A DNA stretch of 64,000 bases from an uncultured Ignavibacteria bacterium. GTDB taxonomy: Bacteria > Bacteroidota > Ignavibacteria > Kapaibacteriales > Kapaibacteriaceae. Below, piece after piece: positions 9,942-22,800 of the stretch. The first letter of the stretch is position 1; each line of letters starts with the position of its first letter. The notes beneath the pieces are model-generated. The model made no database searches. It was not told the DNA's origin and worked only from the letters and a program-made list of their open reading frames with translations. The translations under genes were made by a program, and so were the position numbers. Where the stretch lies: contig CALMZQ010000221.1 of the NCBI GenBank assembly GCA_937870915.1, positions 999-64,998 of the forward strand, read 5' to 3'.

Positions 9942-10783
9942 GGAGGGAGGAGTTCGCTTGTTACAGAGGACAATGCTGGTGCAACAAGTGGTCCGAGCAG
10001 ATGAGCCTTAGCCAACAATGATGACTTTGTGCTCTGATCCACATTGGCGATCACGCGTCGAAACGGTTGTAACCGTCCTGAACGGACCTCGAGGGGCGCA
10101 ACAGCTGCGGCGATATCTGCGTAGACGGATTTCGTGAGATGGTCTCCGAACAACAAAACTTTATCAATGAATGTCCCGGTGGCAGATCGGAGATCAAGTA
10201 TGCTCGTATGGACAACAGAGTCTGGTGTTTCGTCAGCGTCTACGGGTACACATGTAAGGGACTGGAGTGCATGGTCAGCTCCGATCACGGCGCGATACCA
10301 GCTTAAACCTCTGCGCCCCATGAGCAACCATGGAGTTTGTTGCTGCGCAACTGTAGCCCGAGCGATCTCGATGTCGAGTTCGATATCGGAAATGAATATG
10401 GCGTCCTGATGGACTCTCCGATGAATCGACTCAATCACATCCTTGTTGATAATCAGGAGACCGTGCCATTGAGTACGGTGCATACGTGCAGGCATCGTTA
10501 CATCGTGTACCACGTCTACACCTTCCCGAACGTTAGGTAGACACGTAGACAGCTCAAACGAACGCCTCTGGCGTGCGTCTTCATTCGGATCTACCGGATA
10601 TGCGTGATAGGTTATGGAAGACCCATGAACAGCAACCGTTATGTCCTGTGCCTTGCTGACGAGGTCGTCAAGGGACTCATCGGGGTTGCGTTCAACATAG
10701 GCCTCTAGGACCGGGACAGCATTGTCCGCAGACCATTGAGCTACTACAGTTCGTTGAGGATGAAGATAGACCGTTACGCGCAT
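9938..10783 (-). CDS. Hypothetical protein, possibly actin-like fold (PilM/DUF3822-like)
   Basis: Coupled to rsmD; C-terminal IDKVLLFGD...LQPF resembles the PilM/FtsA-type C-terminus; family assignment is tentative. Confidence 0.45.
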   Translation of the reverse strand: MRVTVYLHPQRTVVAQWSADNAVPVLEAYVERNPDESLDDLVSKAQDITVAVHGSSITYHAYPVDPNEDARQRRSFELSTCLPNVREGVDVVHDVTMPARMHRTQWHGLLIINKDVIESIHRRVHQDAIFISDIELDIEIARATVAQQQTPWLLMGRRGLSWYRAVIGADHALQSLTCVPVDADETPDSVVHTSILDLRSATGTFIDKVLLFGDHLTKSVYADIAAAVAPLEVRSGRLQPFRRVIANVDQSTKSSLLAKAHLLGPLVAPALSSVTSELLPP

Positions 10784-10793
10784 GTGTCTGAAT

Positions 10794-11276
10794 TTACGGC
10801 ACCTTGGCGTATGGTAGAAGTTTTGCGAGTTTCTTCTCTCCGATACCCTTCACATTGAGGAGGTCTTCTACGGACGTAAATCGGCGTCGCGTACGTGCCT
10901 CAATGATACGTTGTGCCATCGCCGGACCTATACCAGGCAGGGTTTCGAGCTGTGATGCCGATGCTGAATTCAGATCAACGATCCTGTGCGAATTCTTTTT
11001 CTCAGGAACCTGGGGCAGTGTTGTCCCGGTATCAGCTCTCTGCTCTGGTTGATAGGGGGCTTGGTGGTTACCGTCTACCACAAACCGCTCTGCTTCGAGA
11101 GAATCCAGTATCTGGGCGATTCGTTGAGCCGAAGCATGCTCGTGCAGGGACGTAACCGGTACGAGCCTCGTTCCCACAGTACCAACTGTGAGGATTGTTG
11201 CCACAAACGTAACTGCGATAGCCTCTGACCGGGTGATGCCGAGGTGCTTCTGAATGGTCGTGATAAAACGCTTCAT
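10794..11276 (-). CDS. comEA: ComEA family helix-hairpin-helix DNA-binding protein
   Basis: N-terminal TM, VDLNSAS..QLETLPGIGPAMAQRII...FTSVEDLLNVKGIGEK. Confidence 0.88.
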   Translation of the reverse strand: MKRFITTIQKHLGITRSEAIAVTFVATILTVGTVGTRLVPVTSLHEHASAQRIAQILDSLEAERFVVDGNHQAPYQPEQRADTGTTLPQVPEKKNSHRIVDLNSASASQLETLPGIGPAMAQRIIEARTRRRFTSVEDLLNVKGIGEKKLAKLLPYAKVP

Positions 11277-11306
11277 GGTTTACTCCCTGAAGCGCTCTAC
11301 GAAAAC

Positions 11307-12455
11307 TCAGGAGAACGCTTCCTTGATCTTATCGAAGAAGTGTGACTCTACGCGTTGATCCTTCGGCTTGAAGTGATCACTAGTTGCCAAATCCTTCAGA
11401 ACCGACTTTTCTTTCGACGAAAGTTTTGTTGGTACGTGAACATTGAACCGTACAAGCTGATCGCCACTTCCGCGCGCATTGAGGTGTGGAATGCCCTTAC
11501 CCTTCATGCGGAGCACGGCTCCTGGCTGGGTACCTGGTTCGATCTTTAAGGAAGCTTCTCCGAACAACGTCTGGACATTCACTTCTCCACCAAGTGCGGC
11601 GGTTGGGAAGTCTACCACAACATCCATATAGACGTCGTCTTCATCTCGCTCAAAGATCTCGTGTTCTGTCTGTTCAATAACCACAATCGCATCGCCAGAC
11701 TCACCACCCCTGCGTCCTGCATGCCCCTTGCCAGTGACGGTGAGATAATTACCAGTGTGTACACCGGCAGGAATCGTGACTTTTACGGTGGTTTCACCTT
11801 CTACTCGACCTTCACCCTCGCATGTGTCGCATCGGTCCTTGAGGATCTCTCCGGTGCCACCACACGTGGTGCATGGCGCAATGTTGATGAACTGCCCAAA
11901 CACACTTCGTGATACTTGACGGATCTCTCCGGACCCTTCGCATACCGTACACGTAGAAAAGCCCGATCCTTCCTTGGCGCCGGACCCGTTGCATGTACCA
12001 CAGGCCTTCCAATGGCGGAGTTTGATCGTCCGCTCCACTCCGGTGGCTATGTCTTCCAGGGATAATGGCATGCGCACTCTAAGATCAGCACCCGGCTCTC
12101 GTTGCGAGCGTTTGCGCCCACCACGTTGTTGTTGACCAAACATGTCGCCGAAGATGGACTGACCAAAGATGTCGCCGAATGCACTGAAGATGTCGTTGAT
12201 ATTCGAATACTGGTGATAGTCTTGGCCACCACGCATGCCGGCATGACCATACTGGTCATATCGAGCACGCTTGTTTTGATCGCTAAGCACCTCATATGCT
12301 TCAGCGGCCTCTTTGAATTTGCCTTCGGCCGAGGGATCGTCTGGGTTGCGATCGGGATGATATTGCATGGCCATCTTGCGATAGGCAGACTTGATCTCGT
12401 CGGCCGACGCAGACTTACCAACACCAAGGATCTCGTAATAGTCACGTTCCGTCAT
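11307..12455 (-). CDS. dnaJ: Chaperone DnaJ
   Basis: J domain with HPD, G/F-rich region, four CxxCxGxG zinc-finger repeats. Confidence 0.98.
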   Translation of the reverse strand: MTERDYYEILGVGKSASADEIKSAYRKMAMQYHPDRNPDDPSAEGKFKEAAEAYEVLSDQNKRARYDQYGHAGMRGGQDYHQYSNINDIFSAFGDIFGQSIFGDMFGQQQRGGRKRSQREPGADLRVRMPLSLEDIATGVERTIKLRHWKACGTCNGSGAKEGSGFSTCTVCEGSGEIRQVSRSVFGQFINIAPCTTCGGTGEILKDRCDTCEGEGRVEGETTVKVTIPAGVHTGNYLTVTGKGHAGRRGGESGDAIVVIEQTEHEIFERDEDDVYMDVVVDFPTAALGGEVNVQTLFGEASLKIEPGTQPGAVLRMKGKGIPHLNARGSGDQLVRFNVHVPTKLSSKEKSVLKDLATSDHFKPKDQRVESHFFDKIKEAFS

Positions 12456-12967
12456 GTTCTCTCTTCCGTTGTTTCGTTATGCGCAGGTAGTCCGGCCGAT
12501 GTGATCACTTTTGCGTGGCGGATCACCTTCTCATGGAGCTGGTAGCCGCGTTGTACGTTTTGCACCACATGACCCTCCGGATGTTCGGAAGCGGTGTGCA
12601 TGAGGGCTTCGTGGAATGCCACATTAAAGGGTTCTCCAACACCCGCCTCAATGACGTTTACGCCGGATTCTTCAAAGATCTTCACAGCCTTTGCATAGAT
12701 CATTTCGATGCCGGTCTTCAGTGGCGATTCGTCCACCGACTTGCGAGCGGCTTCCACCGCCGCATGCAGATCGTCGAGCACCGGCAACATCTTTGTGATG
12801 ACATGCTCAGAGGCATAGACCATCAGGTCCTGACGTTCCTGTTGCGTTCTGCGTTGAATGTTCGCGATCTCTGCGGACCGCCGATGAGCAAGATCCTTCC
12901 ACTCTTCTACTTGAAGTTGAAGGGCCTCAATCTGCTCTTCTAGGGTAAGTTCTTCTTCGTTTTCCAT
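12452..12967 (-). CDS. grpE: Nucleotide exchange factor GrpE
   Basis: [41 protein letters not shown]. Confidence 0.95.
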   Translation of the reverse strand: MENEEELTLEEQIEALQLQVEEWKDLAHRRSAEIANIQRRTQQERQDLMVYASEHVITKMLPVLDDLHAAVEAARKSVDESPLKTGIEMIYAKAVKIFEESGVNVIEAGVGEPFNVAFHEALMHTASEHPEGHVVQNVQRGYQLHEKVIRHAKVITSAGLPAHNETTEERT

Positions 12968-12976
12968 GTTGGCTAT

Positions 12977-14062
12977 TTAGGGTTGGTTTTCGGAGTCATC
13001 GGGCGATTGACGAACATCTCCGAGAGTACGTGTAAGAACGCTTGACATCAATTGCACGATCGAGATCATCCGACCATAATCCATCCTACGTGGACCGATA
13101 ATTCCAAGAGATCCTGTGGCATGTCCTGCACGGTAGGTTGTAGCGATCATTGCATAATCTCGCATGTCGGTCTCGGCAAACTCGTTGCCTATGGTCACCG
13201 AAACCCGCCCTGGTTCTGTTGCAGATCCAAGGAGGTGAACGATAACGTCCTCATTCTCCACAAGTTCGATAACGCTACGGAGTCGATCCGGGGCTTCAAA
13301 CTCAGGCTGTGTGATCAGATTCTGCGCACCGGATATATGCACCATGCCACCCGCCTTTGTGGAGACAAGATTCCCAACCTGCTCCACGAACAACCTGAAC
13401 AGCGATGGGGTAGGGTTTGAGGAGGGGGCAAGCAGTTCGGAGAGCATTGCTGTGATCGATGAGAGTGGTCTGCCTGCCAATCTCTCGTTGAGCTGACGGG
13501 ATACAGCCTCTACCGTGCCATGCTCGATCAACTCATTTGTCTCGAGAGTGAGCGTGCGGACGATGTCGCTGTCAAGGGCTATAACAACGAGCAGTCGCTC
13601 GCTTGACAGAGGAATCAATTCCACTCGCTGCACAAGGGCTTCACGAAGTAATGGAAGCTGAACCATGGCAAGGTGTCGGCTCAACGAACCGAGAATCCGC
13701 GAAGCATCGCGCATCACACTCTCCCGCGGGAGCGCGAGTAGGTCAGAAACCACCTGATCGGTCTCGTGGGTTGGTAGCCGGCCAATATCCACAAGGGAAT
13801 CAACGTAGAATCGATACCCTAGATCTGTGGGCATTCTTCCTGCTGAGGTATGGGGATGTGTGATATATCCCATCGCCTCGAGGTCCGACATGGTGTTGCG
13901 TATTGTTGCCGGACTCAGGGGTAGAGAACGTTCCAAATACCGAGAAACAACACGCGACCCTACTGGTGTAGCATGAAGGATAAAGAGCTGAACGATCGCA
14001 CGCAGGATCGCACGCTCTCGGTCGTTCAATTCTCGATGGTCCGCCGGAACGATTACAGACAT
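12977..14062 (-). CDS. hrcA: Heat-inducible transcription repressor HrcA
   Basis: PVGSR, SPATIRNTMSDLE.MGYI.HPHTSAGRMPT, GIIGPRRMDY. Confidence 0.96.
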   Translation of the reverse strand: MSVIVPADHRELNDRERAILRAIVQLFILHATPVGSRVVSRYLERSLPLSPATIRNTMSDLEAMGYITHPHTSAGRMPTDLGYRFYVDSLVDIGRLPTHETDQVVSDLLALPRESVMRDASRILGSLSRHLAMVQLPLLREALVQRVELIPLSSERLLVVIALDSDIVRTLTLETNELIEHGTVEAVSRQLNERLAGRPLSSITAMLSELLAPSSNPTPSLFRLFVEQVGNLVSTKAGGMVHISGAQNLITQPEFEAPDRLRSVIELVENEDVIVHLLGSATEPGRVSVTIGNEFAETDMRDYAMIATTYRAGHATGSLGIIGPRRMDYGRMISIVQLMSSVLTRTLGDVRQSPDDSENQP

Positions 14063-14071
14063 CGCGTTCCC

Positions 14072-16666
14072 TTAGGCCGAAACAACAGAGAAGTAGAACC
14101 TGACAAATGAGAAGGCATCATAGGACGCATTCCACGAGATCAGGATGGCAACGAGTGCAACAGCTACTAAACCGAGTCCGATCGAATACACAATCGTTGA
14201 TGGCACGTCGAAAACAACCGATGTGGCTCGCAGCGTACGCATAAGAGACCAAATCGTGAGTGCTATCACTAGCAAGGGAACCCACAAGGACAAGGCGTCG
14301 GTACTCAATGCCTGATAGAGGGCCACACCAATAGGGAGTAATACCACAAGTGGCAAGGCCGACCAAACAACTATCGTGAGTGTGTCGCGGAAATAGATCC
14401 GTGCCTTAATGAACATCGAGCCCACACGGAGGAGGAATGCAGCGAAAACGAAGAGCCCCATAACTACTGCAGACCACAGGGGGACAGCAAGTGTTGGTCT
14501 CCACGAAACAAACCGAACAATGTCATAGGCAACATTGGAGGGAATGAGTAGGTGGAGCAGGTATTCGATCTCGGCATCAACCCGCACATAATACAGCAGT
14601 GATGAAATGACTAGTCCTACGCAGCTGGCAATAACGATACCCAGGAACGATGTCTGAACCGCAGACAGAATACGCTGATCTCGAATATCTGCATAGAAAT
14701 TGTACGGACGGGCAATGGCACGAAGCAGGTACTCGCGGAATCGGCGAGAGCGATTGATCAAGAAGGTCATGATCAATGCAAGGATGATACCCGCAGCAAT
14801 GAATACGAGTGGTGTGTCAAAGGCGGCATCACGAGCTTGAAGAAGGGGCTCCTTCTCATCGTTGATGAGTGACTTTAACATTGCATAAGAAATGCGTGGT
14901 TGGCGCCATACATCGAGAAGTCCGGATGTGCAGACATAGGCGTCATAGTGGTCAACCAACATCGTTGGACGCTCAAGCGAAAAGTCTACAAAGGACCAAA
15001 TCATCACTCCAGCTAGTCCGGCAGACATCGAGGCACGGAAACAATCGCGCACAACAAGAGCCTGCGCCTCATTTGAGAGTGGGTCACTGAAACCATTGGT
15101 GTTGCTTGGTGAGAGGCGAGAGCCAAATTCTGTGAGAACAGCAGCGGAGCGAAAGGCTTTTGGCAGCGCTTGAACGATGCGCTCGAAACGTGTGCGGTCC
15201 TGTGTTGTACTGAACCTGACAACGATGATGTCGAATCCGCCTTCGCTCGTACGATCGTAAAGTCCAGCGGGTACAACCTTGAACAACATCTTTGTGGACA
15301 GTTTCCGATACAACTGCACAAGATCGGCGTGGTACTGAGCAACGGCATCAGAACCTTCTTCGAGTCCGTCACTTAGACCAATGGCTATCACAGAGGGATG
15401 TGTGTCGAGGTACGAGATAGACCGCTCAGATGCATTTCGATAACGAGCAAGGAGTTCTTCTTGGAGGATCATGTCCGATGGAACGTCAGATGTTGGCAGC
15501 TCCGCCATTACCATAAGTCCGTATCTGTCGCAAAGGCTGAGGAAATACGGGTGAGGGCTTCCATTGCGGACACGTACTACATTCACCCCAAGGGTCTTCA
15601 TCAACGAAACGTCGAGTTCCATCTGACGCCATGACATCGATGGTCCGCGGTTGGGATAGTCGTCAACATAATCAACGGCATAGATCGGTATGATCGAATC
15701 GTTGATCGAGATCTGACGTCCGCGGTCGGTGCTAACAACTCCGATAGAGCGGAATCCGACTGGTGTTTCATAGATATCTATAAGCTGACCGTCTCTCTCG
15801 ATCCTGACAACAAGGTCGTAGAGATTCGGTGAAGCAACACTCCATCGCTGTGGATTGGAAACCGACATCTGAAAACTGACAATCTGCTGTCTGGAACGTT
15901 CGATCGTTACCGAGGACGATCCCGTCCGCGCTACCACCTGTCCGCCATCGCGTGATCTCAGCATGGCCTCAACAGAAACCGTCGTCTTCCCCTGCGCAAG
16001 TGCATCACCGCCCAGGGTAGAGCCAAGTAGACGTTCTACAGTTCCGCCAACAATTGTGGCCTTAACATTCATCGACCCTACACCCGACGTTATCGTGCTC
16101 CGCGTTCGAACGTCATTGGTCCATACATGCGGAGTGCCGACAAGAAACACTTCCCGCAGGAGCCCCATGTGGCGAGATCTCGATGACCGTGCAAATCCTT
16201 CCACAAGTGCGGTGAGTTCGCTCGTGGGTGACACAACAAGCTCAACAGTATTTGTGCCGGGGACTAAAACTCTGTCCGGAATGCGAATCCCAAATGGCAC
16301 CATGCCACCCGGATATCGCATGATGAATCTCCCATTAACCCGAAGCTCTATCTCATCAACCACCCCGAGGACTTGAAGATGCCAGGTGTGTTTGCCTAGT
16401 GTAGCCTGTTCGATGCGAATTGTCCGCCGAAGGATCACCGGTGATCGAGCATCCAAGGAACCCGGTATAGAAACCGTTTCCAAGGGAACCCCATCATTCA
16501 TTCGTTGCCACTGTCCACTTAAGTTGATGATCGTTCGTGTCTCAGAAGGCATGAACGTGGCTACCTGTTGGGGACCAAGTTGCGTGTACTCAGAAAAATC
16601 CGCTGCCAACAGACAGAGTGAGGAGATGGAGAGAAAGAGGAGGACGAGGGCGTATCGTTGCGTCAT
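14072..16666 (-). CDS. Glycoside hydrolase family 2-like protein fused to a C-terminal multi-pass membrane domain
   Basis: Signal peptide; GH2 sugar-binding/Ig/TIM features (LSGQW, RWS..SPNLYDL, GFRSI, LGVNVVR, CDRYGLMV, HPSVI, TEFG); about 6 TM helices after residue ~620; start set to the ATG at 16666. Confidence 0.75.
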   Translation of the reverse strand: MTQRYALVLLFLSISSLCLLAADFSEYTQLGPQQVATFMPSETRTIINLSGQWQRMNDGVPLETVSIPGSLDARSPVILRRTIRIEQATLGKHTWHLQVLGVVDEIELRVNGRFIMRYPGGMVPFGIRIPDRVLVPGTNTVELVVSPTSELTALVEGFARSSRSRHMGLLREVFLVGTPHVWTNDVRTRSTITSGVGSMNVKATIVGGTVERLLGSTLGGDALAQGKTTVSVEAMLRSRDGGQVVARTGSSSVTIERSRQQIVSFQMSVSNPQRWSVASPNLYDLVVRIERDGQLIDIYETPVGFRSIGVVSTDRGRQISINDSIIPIYAVDYVDDYPNRGPSMSWRQMELDVSLMKTLGVNVVRVRNGSPHPYFLSLCDRYGLMVMAELPTSDVPSDMILQEELLARYRNASERSISYLDTHPSVIAIGLSDGLEEGSDAVAQYHADLVQLYRKLSTKMLFKVVPAGLYDRTSEGGFDIIVVRFSTTQDRTRFERIVQALPKAFRSAAVLTEFGSRLSPSNTNGFSDPLSNEAQALVVRDCFRASMSAGLAGVMIWSFVDFSLERPTMLVDHYDAYVCTSGLLDVWRQPRISYAMLKSLINDEKEPLLQARDAAFDTPLVFIAAGIILALIMTFLINRSRRFREYLLRAIARPYNFYADIRDQRILSAVQTSFLGIVIASCVGLVISSLLYYVRVDAEIEYLLHLLIPSNVAYDIVRFVSWRPTLAVPLWSAVVMGLFVFAAFLLRVGSMFIKARIYFRDTLTIVVWSALPLVVLLPIGVALYQALSTDALSLWVPLLVIALTIWSLMRTLRATSVVFDVPSTIVYSIGLGLVAVALVAILISWNASYDAFSFVRFYFSVVSA

Positions 16667-16843
16667 GCAGTACACAATAGGATTGCAGGTGGTTCGTGCG
16701 AATTGCAAAACTAACCCACGATGTATCTTTGTACATCATAAACTCACACGGAGAGGGCGTATACTCACCATTTGGTACGTTGCTTGCATGACCATGTTGG
16801 AATGCAGATCCGGTTTTTTTAGTCCATAGGTGAGCTGCCCGAC

Positions 16844-19800
16844 GTGTTCGAGGGTTCTAAACGAACATCTTTGACGGCTTTGGTTCTGGTGACATGCCTT
16901 TGCATGGTCGCCTTTTCCACGTCCGTTTTTGCCACATCCCGGCCCAATGCCGTGGGTGAGCCTCTGCATATGGCCTGTGTTCAGGCTGCATCGTGGACAA
17001 TATCCGCGTATATCTTGCCCCTTTTGCAGGATACGACCAAGCCGCCGGTAGTTATTGACCGATATGATTCGGGCGATCCAAACAATACAGACCTGCCGAG
17101 ATACTACCCAACAACGACGATCAAGCGATATGGGACTAGTCCGGCTCAGCGCAGGGACAGAACGATCCCGATCCCGAAGGGGTATTCCTCGTTTGGATAT
17201 GTAGACTCTCTGCTCGGTAGTGTAACCCTGCGCGAGATGCTCGATGGTGTAGATGTGGGGACGATGGTTCCGATCACGATGGAGGGCTACCTTGAACAGC
17301 AGCGTGAGGCAATGGCGCGAAAACTGCGTGATTCCTCACTTTTGGCCTACGAGATGAAGAAACCTATGTCTTCTGCAGAGCTTACAAAGCTTATCGATCA
17401 GGCCACAAACATTACAATCCCTCTGCCTCAGAACGCCATCTTCGGGATTTTCGGGAAACCAGAGGTATCCATCAACGTCAATGGCGAAGTGAATGTTCAG
17501 GCGGGCTGGCGGTGGGATACGCAGCGATTGGGAACAGCCTCGGTCCTTGGACAGACACAATCAGCCCCGATCTTCAACCAGAATATTCAGGTAAATGTTA
17601 GTGGTCGGATCGGCGACAAGTTCCGCATGAACGTAGACTGGAACACTCTCAATCAGTTTGAGTTCAACAATAGATTTAAGGTTGGCTACGAAGGTTATGA
17701 TGATGATATCATCAAGCGGGTTGAGTTTGGCAATGTGAACTTGGAGACACAAAGTACCCTCATCGGTGGGGGACAGACACTTTTTGGTGTCCGTGCAGAC
17801 TTCCAGTTTGGCCCCCTCTACCTCAAGACGATTGCATCACAACGTCGCGGCGAACGCAAGGTCATCAATGCCCGGGGCGGTTCTGCTCGTCAAATGTTCA
17901 CCGTGCGAGCCTATGATTACACACGCAACCACTTCTTCCTCGATACTGCATATCTGCCAATCTGGCGTGCTTACTTCCGATCCACAACGCCGGTTATTCC
18001 CCCAGAAGGGGCTCCATTAGTGGTTAAAGAGATTGAGGTATGGGAGTCAACCACGGATTTGCGCGAAGTACAAGCTAACGAGGCAATTGCTATCGCAGAT
18101 CTAGCACCCATTCGTGCTCTGCAAGGGGAAACATATCCGGTATCTGTCAAGAGTCAGGAGATCAAGGCCGGTACAATCGAGCGTGGTAGATTCACGCGCC
18201 TCGACAACAAACGTTACGAAATCGACTATAACCTTGGTACTCTAACCATCCTGAATCTTCGGACCGATCGGTTTTATGCCGTAGGATATCGCACAGAAGG
18301 TCCAACCACGGACAACAGGGATGACTTCTATCATGGCACGTTGACAAATACAGTGAATGAGAAGGATACACTGATCCTGAAGCTCATCGCCCGTCCGCAG
18401 ATGCAACCCGGATTCAAGCTTCTCTGGAAACGGTTGATGAAGAACATCTACAACATTGGCGTTGCCAACGTAAACCCACAGGACGCAAAGATCGGTATGT
18501 GGTATTACCGATCTACGAACGACTCCACTGATGTTCTCGAAGGGGCTCCCGATAAGATCCCAACGATCTTCCGCATCGATCAGGTCAACAATGGAACGGG
18601 TGCCGCTCCGCCTGACGGTGTGTTTGACGCACGCCCACCGGTCTTCAACTCTCAACGTGGTGAGGTTACGTTCCCAAGTCTAGAGCCATTTAGGGAAGGT
18701 ATTCGCGAATATTTTGCCTCAAAGGGAAATGCGCAGCTCGCCGAGCAGTATGTCTTTAATGAAGTTTATGACACAACAGATGCAGCAGCCCGACTCGTAA
18801 CGGCAAAGGACCGATTCTTGTTAGTTGGTGAAGCTGCCGGTACGGCAACCGGCAATCGCATTCCACTGGCATATCAACTCGCTCCGGGTAGTGTACGCGT
18901 TACTCTGGACGGTGCTCCGCTCCGTGAGGGCGTAGATTATACCGTTGACTACTATACCGGAACGATGTCGCTTCTGAATGCTCGCGCCTCACTGCCGAAT
19001 GCCAATTTGAATATTGAATACGAGCAAAACGACATCTTCAATCTCACAACGAGAACGTTGCTCGGTATGCGTGCTGATATGGTTCTGTTCAACAAACGTC
19101 GGATGAACGGATCTATCGGCATGACGATGATGAACTACGATCAAGCTGCGATCGTAGACCGTGTTATGCCGGGCCAAGAGCCAAACTCGAACTTCATGAT
19201 GGGATTCGATGCAAAATTCAATGCAGAACTGCCGTGGTTAACACGGGCTCTTGATGCATTACCGGGCCTAGATACAAAGGAAAAGTCAACGTGGACGTTT
19301 ACGGGTGAATGGGCAATGGTTTCTCCCACACCGAACAAACGGACTTCCACTGTTGCCAGTGATGCAGGCAAGGCCGTTGCCTATGTTGATGACTTCGAAA
19401 GTGCTCGCCGATATCTATCGTTCGGTCTTACTCCTACAGTTTGGCAACATTCATCTCCTTCTAAAGATGAAACACTGTGGGATCATGACACAAATGCAGT
19501 GAAGTTCAAAGGCAAGACCTTCTGGTACCAGAAATTCGTTCCCGATGTGCCACAGGCAGATGTCTACCCTAATCGTGCTCGTGCGCAAGGTAGGAACAAC
19601 ATCAATCCTATCAGATTGGTGTTTGAACCTCGCGAACGTGGGATCTACAATCCCAATCCGGAGTTCCTTGATCCAAAGAATCCACGTTGGAATGATGCAG
19701 ATTCGCTTGCTGTGAGGGCATTCACGCAGAGCTATATCGAACAGAATCGACCAAAGATCTGGGGCGGTATGCTCAGGTTGCTCTCTCCATTCAATACGAA

Positions 19801-22800
19801 CTTTGACAACGATAACATCGACTACATCGAGATCATGATGAAGATCGATGCCTATGAACAAGGCTCTCGAATGTTCATCGATCTCGGTCAGATCAGTGAA
19901 GATATCATTCCCAATCAGCGCCTCAACACTGAAGACAATCCCCCTGCAAACAACCTCATTGATGTAGGTGAAGACAGAGGTATCGATACCCTTGCCAATG
20001 ATCGAGAGAAGGTCGTCTATCCAGATCCACTCAATCGAGAATCCGACCCAGCGCGGGATGACTATTCATTTGACTTTAACGCAGACCGTCAAAATCAGAA
20101 TGAGTCTCAGTTTGTTCAATACAACAACTTTGAAGGAAACTCCACGCAGTCGGAACTTGGACAGTTCCCGGACACTGAGATCCTCAATAAAAACAACGGT
20201 CAGACAATCTCTCTTGATAACAGCTATTTCCGCTACGAAGTCCAACTCAACCCTAATCCATCCACAAATCCCCAGATAGTAGGGGGCAATCCTGCTGCCG
20301 GGTGGTATCTCTTCCGTATCCCAGTCAGACGTCCGGATACCGTGGTAGGTAACCCGCTCTTTACAAACATCCAATACGCGCGCGTCCACTTCCAAGGTGG
20401 CACGGTAAAGGTCTCCATCGCTGACTGGGGTGTTGTTGGTTCGTATTGGCTGCGCAATCACCAGTTTCAGCCAAATGTTTCATCCAATGACTCTGTACTC
20501 CAAGTAGCATACGTGAACCGTGAGGAAAACCAGAGCGCACCAGACTTCTATACAATGCCGCCGGGTGTTCAACCACCCCAACAACTTCAGAATCCGGATC
20601 CGTACCAACAGCTCTATCTCAATGAACAGTCCTTGGTGATCAAGGCTCGAAATCTTCGTTATGGTGAAGAACGATTTGCTGCGCGGATATTTCGGCCGTG
20701 GGATCTTTTCTATTACAAAGAAGTTGCCTTCTTCATCTATGGCGACAATACGATGCCAAGTAGCGTCACCGAAGGCTCAACGCCACCTGCATACGCATTT
20801 GTGCGCTACGGTGTGGACTCTGCGAACTATTACGAATACAGGCGCCCCTTACTTCGCGGATGGCAGGATCTTCGGATCAAGATCTCCGACCTAACAGCTA
20901 TCAAGGAACGCAGGGACCAAAGCAGAACAAATGACAGACAGGAGTTCTCTGTTCCGGGAGACCCGCAAGGGACCTTTGCGATCAAGGGTAATCCGATCAT
21001 GACGCGTGTTACCTTCTTTGGTTTTGGTATCGCTAATCCGGCGGAGAGGTATCCGAACGAGCTTTCAACAACCATGTGGGTGGATGAACTCCGTGTGGTT
21101 GATCCTACCAATGACAATGACTGGGCAGGTCTTGCAAGCACCACATTAAAGCTTGCCGATGTTGGAGATATCACAGCGTCGATCAATCATACTACTCCCA
21201 ACTATCACCGACTCGAAGACAGATTTGGCAATCGTTTGCAAGCAACGGCCTGGAATGCAACTGTTCAGCTTGGCCTGGAGAAATTTCTTCCGAAAGAACT
21301 GAAAGAGACCCGGATCCCCGTGACGTATACGCACACGGAGCTGGCGGAGACGCCGAAATATCAGGCGCAGAATGATGTGGAATTGGACGCAGCCGCGGCT
21401 GCAGCTGCGCAGGACACGTTGGATAAGGGTGGTACTGCAGAGGCAGCTGCGCAGGCATCGGATAATGTGAAAACACGGTCGCAGCGTGTTCGCGTACAAG
21501 ATCAATGGGCTCTTACCGGATTGCGACTTGGCATTCCTACTAAGGCTTGGTATGTGGATGACACGTTCAACAAACTCACGTTCAACTTTGCCTATGCTCA
21601 AGAGTTTGAACGGTCGCAGGTTGTTCAACAACGTTTTGATTGGCGCTGGCGATTGCGGATCGACTATGCTGTGACACTCCCGGCTAAATACGATGTAAGT
21701 CCCCTCAAATTTCTAGCCGAAGTATGGGGCCTAAAGGCGTACAAGGACATGAAGATCAATTTCCTTCCGCAGACAATTACCGCAAACCTGGGGATGACCA
21801 GAGCCCGGACAACGGAACAGTCGAGATTCCTCCTGCAACCAAGCCCTATCATCCGCGAGTTTGTGGCGGAAAAGACGTTCGGCTTTAATTGGCGTGTTGT
21901 TGAAAATGGTTTCCTTAGTCCGGTGATCGACTATAAGGTTATCTCCTCTTCTACAATGGTGCCACTGGAACTTGATGAGAACGGTCGCCAGCGTACGGGT
22001 AGTCAGATCGCAGATCAGATGTTCTTTAACAATGGCCAGCTATTCAACTTCGGGCCGGATAATAACTTTGGTCAGACCATCACGCTCTCATTCAGACCAA
22101 AGTTCCCCGATATCTTCGGACTCAATAGGCTGTTAGAGACCACGGGTTCGTACAATGTGGTCTATGGCATCTTTGACCCGCTACAGCCCGATCCGGCGCA
22201 ACGTGATGTAGTTCGTACGGCTCGCTATACATCCAATTTCCGGTTGAGTCCGGTGTTCCGCTGGCGTCAATTCGGTGCAGAGATCTTTGGCCCTTCAACA
22301 AAGGGATCTGGTAATATCGGTACCATCCTGCAGGACATATTCTTCGGATTTGAAAATTTCACCTTTACATTCAACCAGACGAACACGGCACTGAATAACG
22401 GTGTCTTGGGGGGAAGCGGAATCACCAATCTTTGGGCCCGATCGCTGACATTCCGCGATAACGATCCTATGTGGGGTCCGAGCACCCCGTATCAATTGGG
22501 TCTAATCTCCAACCCTCACGGCTCATTGAACCTCACGGGCAGTTCGGCATTTCCGTTCTTCAAATTCGAGACCACCGAAGGTGTCCGTCCCTCTAATGCC
22601 GTGATGGTGGACGATTACACACAACGGTCAACATTCCAGTTCCAAACAAACCGTCCGCTTTGGCCAGGCGCTACGCTCGATCTTAACATGCGCACGGATG
22701 TTGGATATAGTCGTAATCAGCGCGTTGTGACAGATGCGGCCGGCATTCCAACGTTCACAAACATTAACAAACGTCAGACACTTGAGCGCAGCTTCATCAG

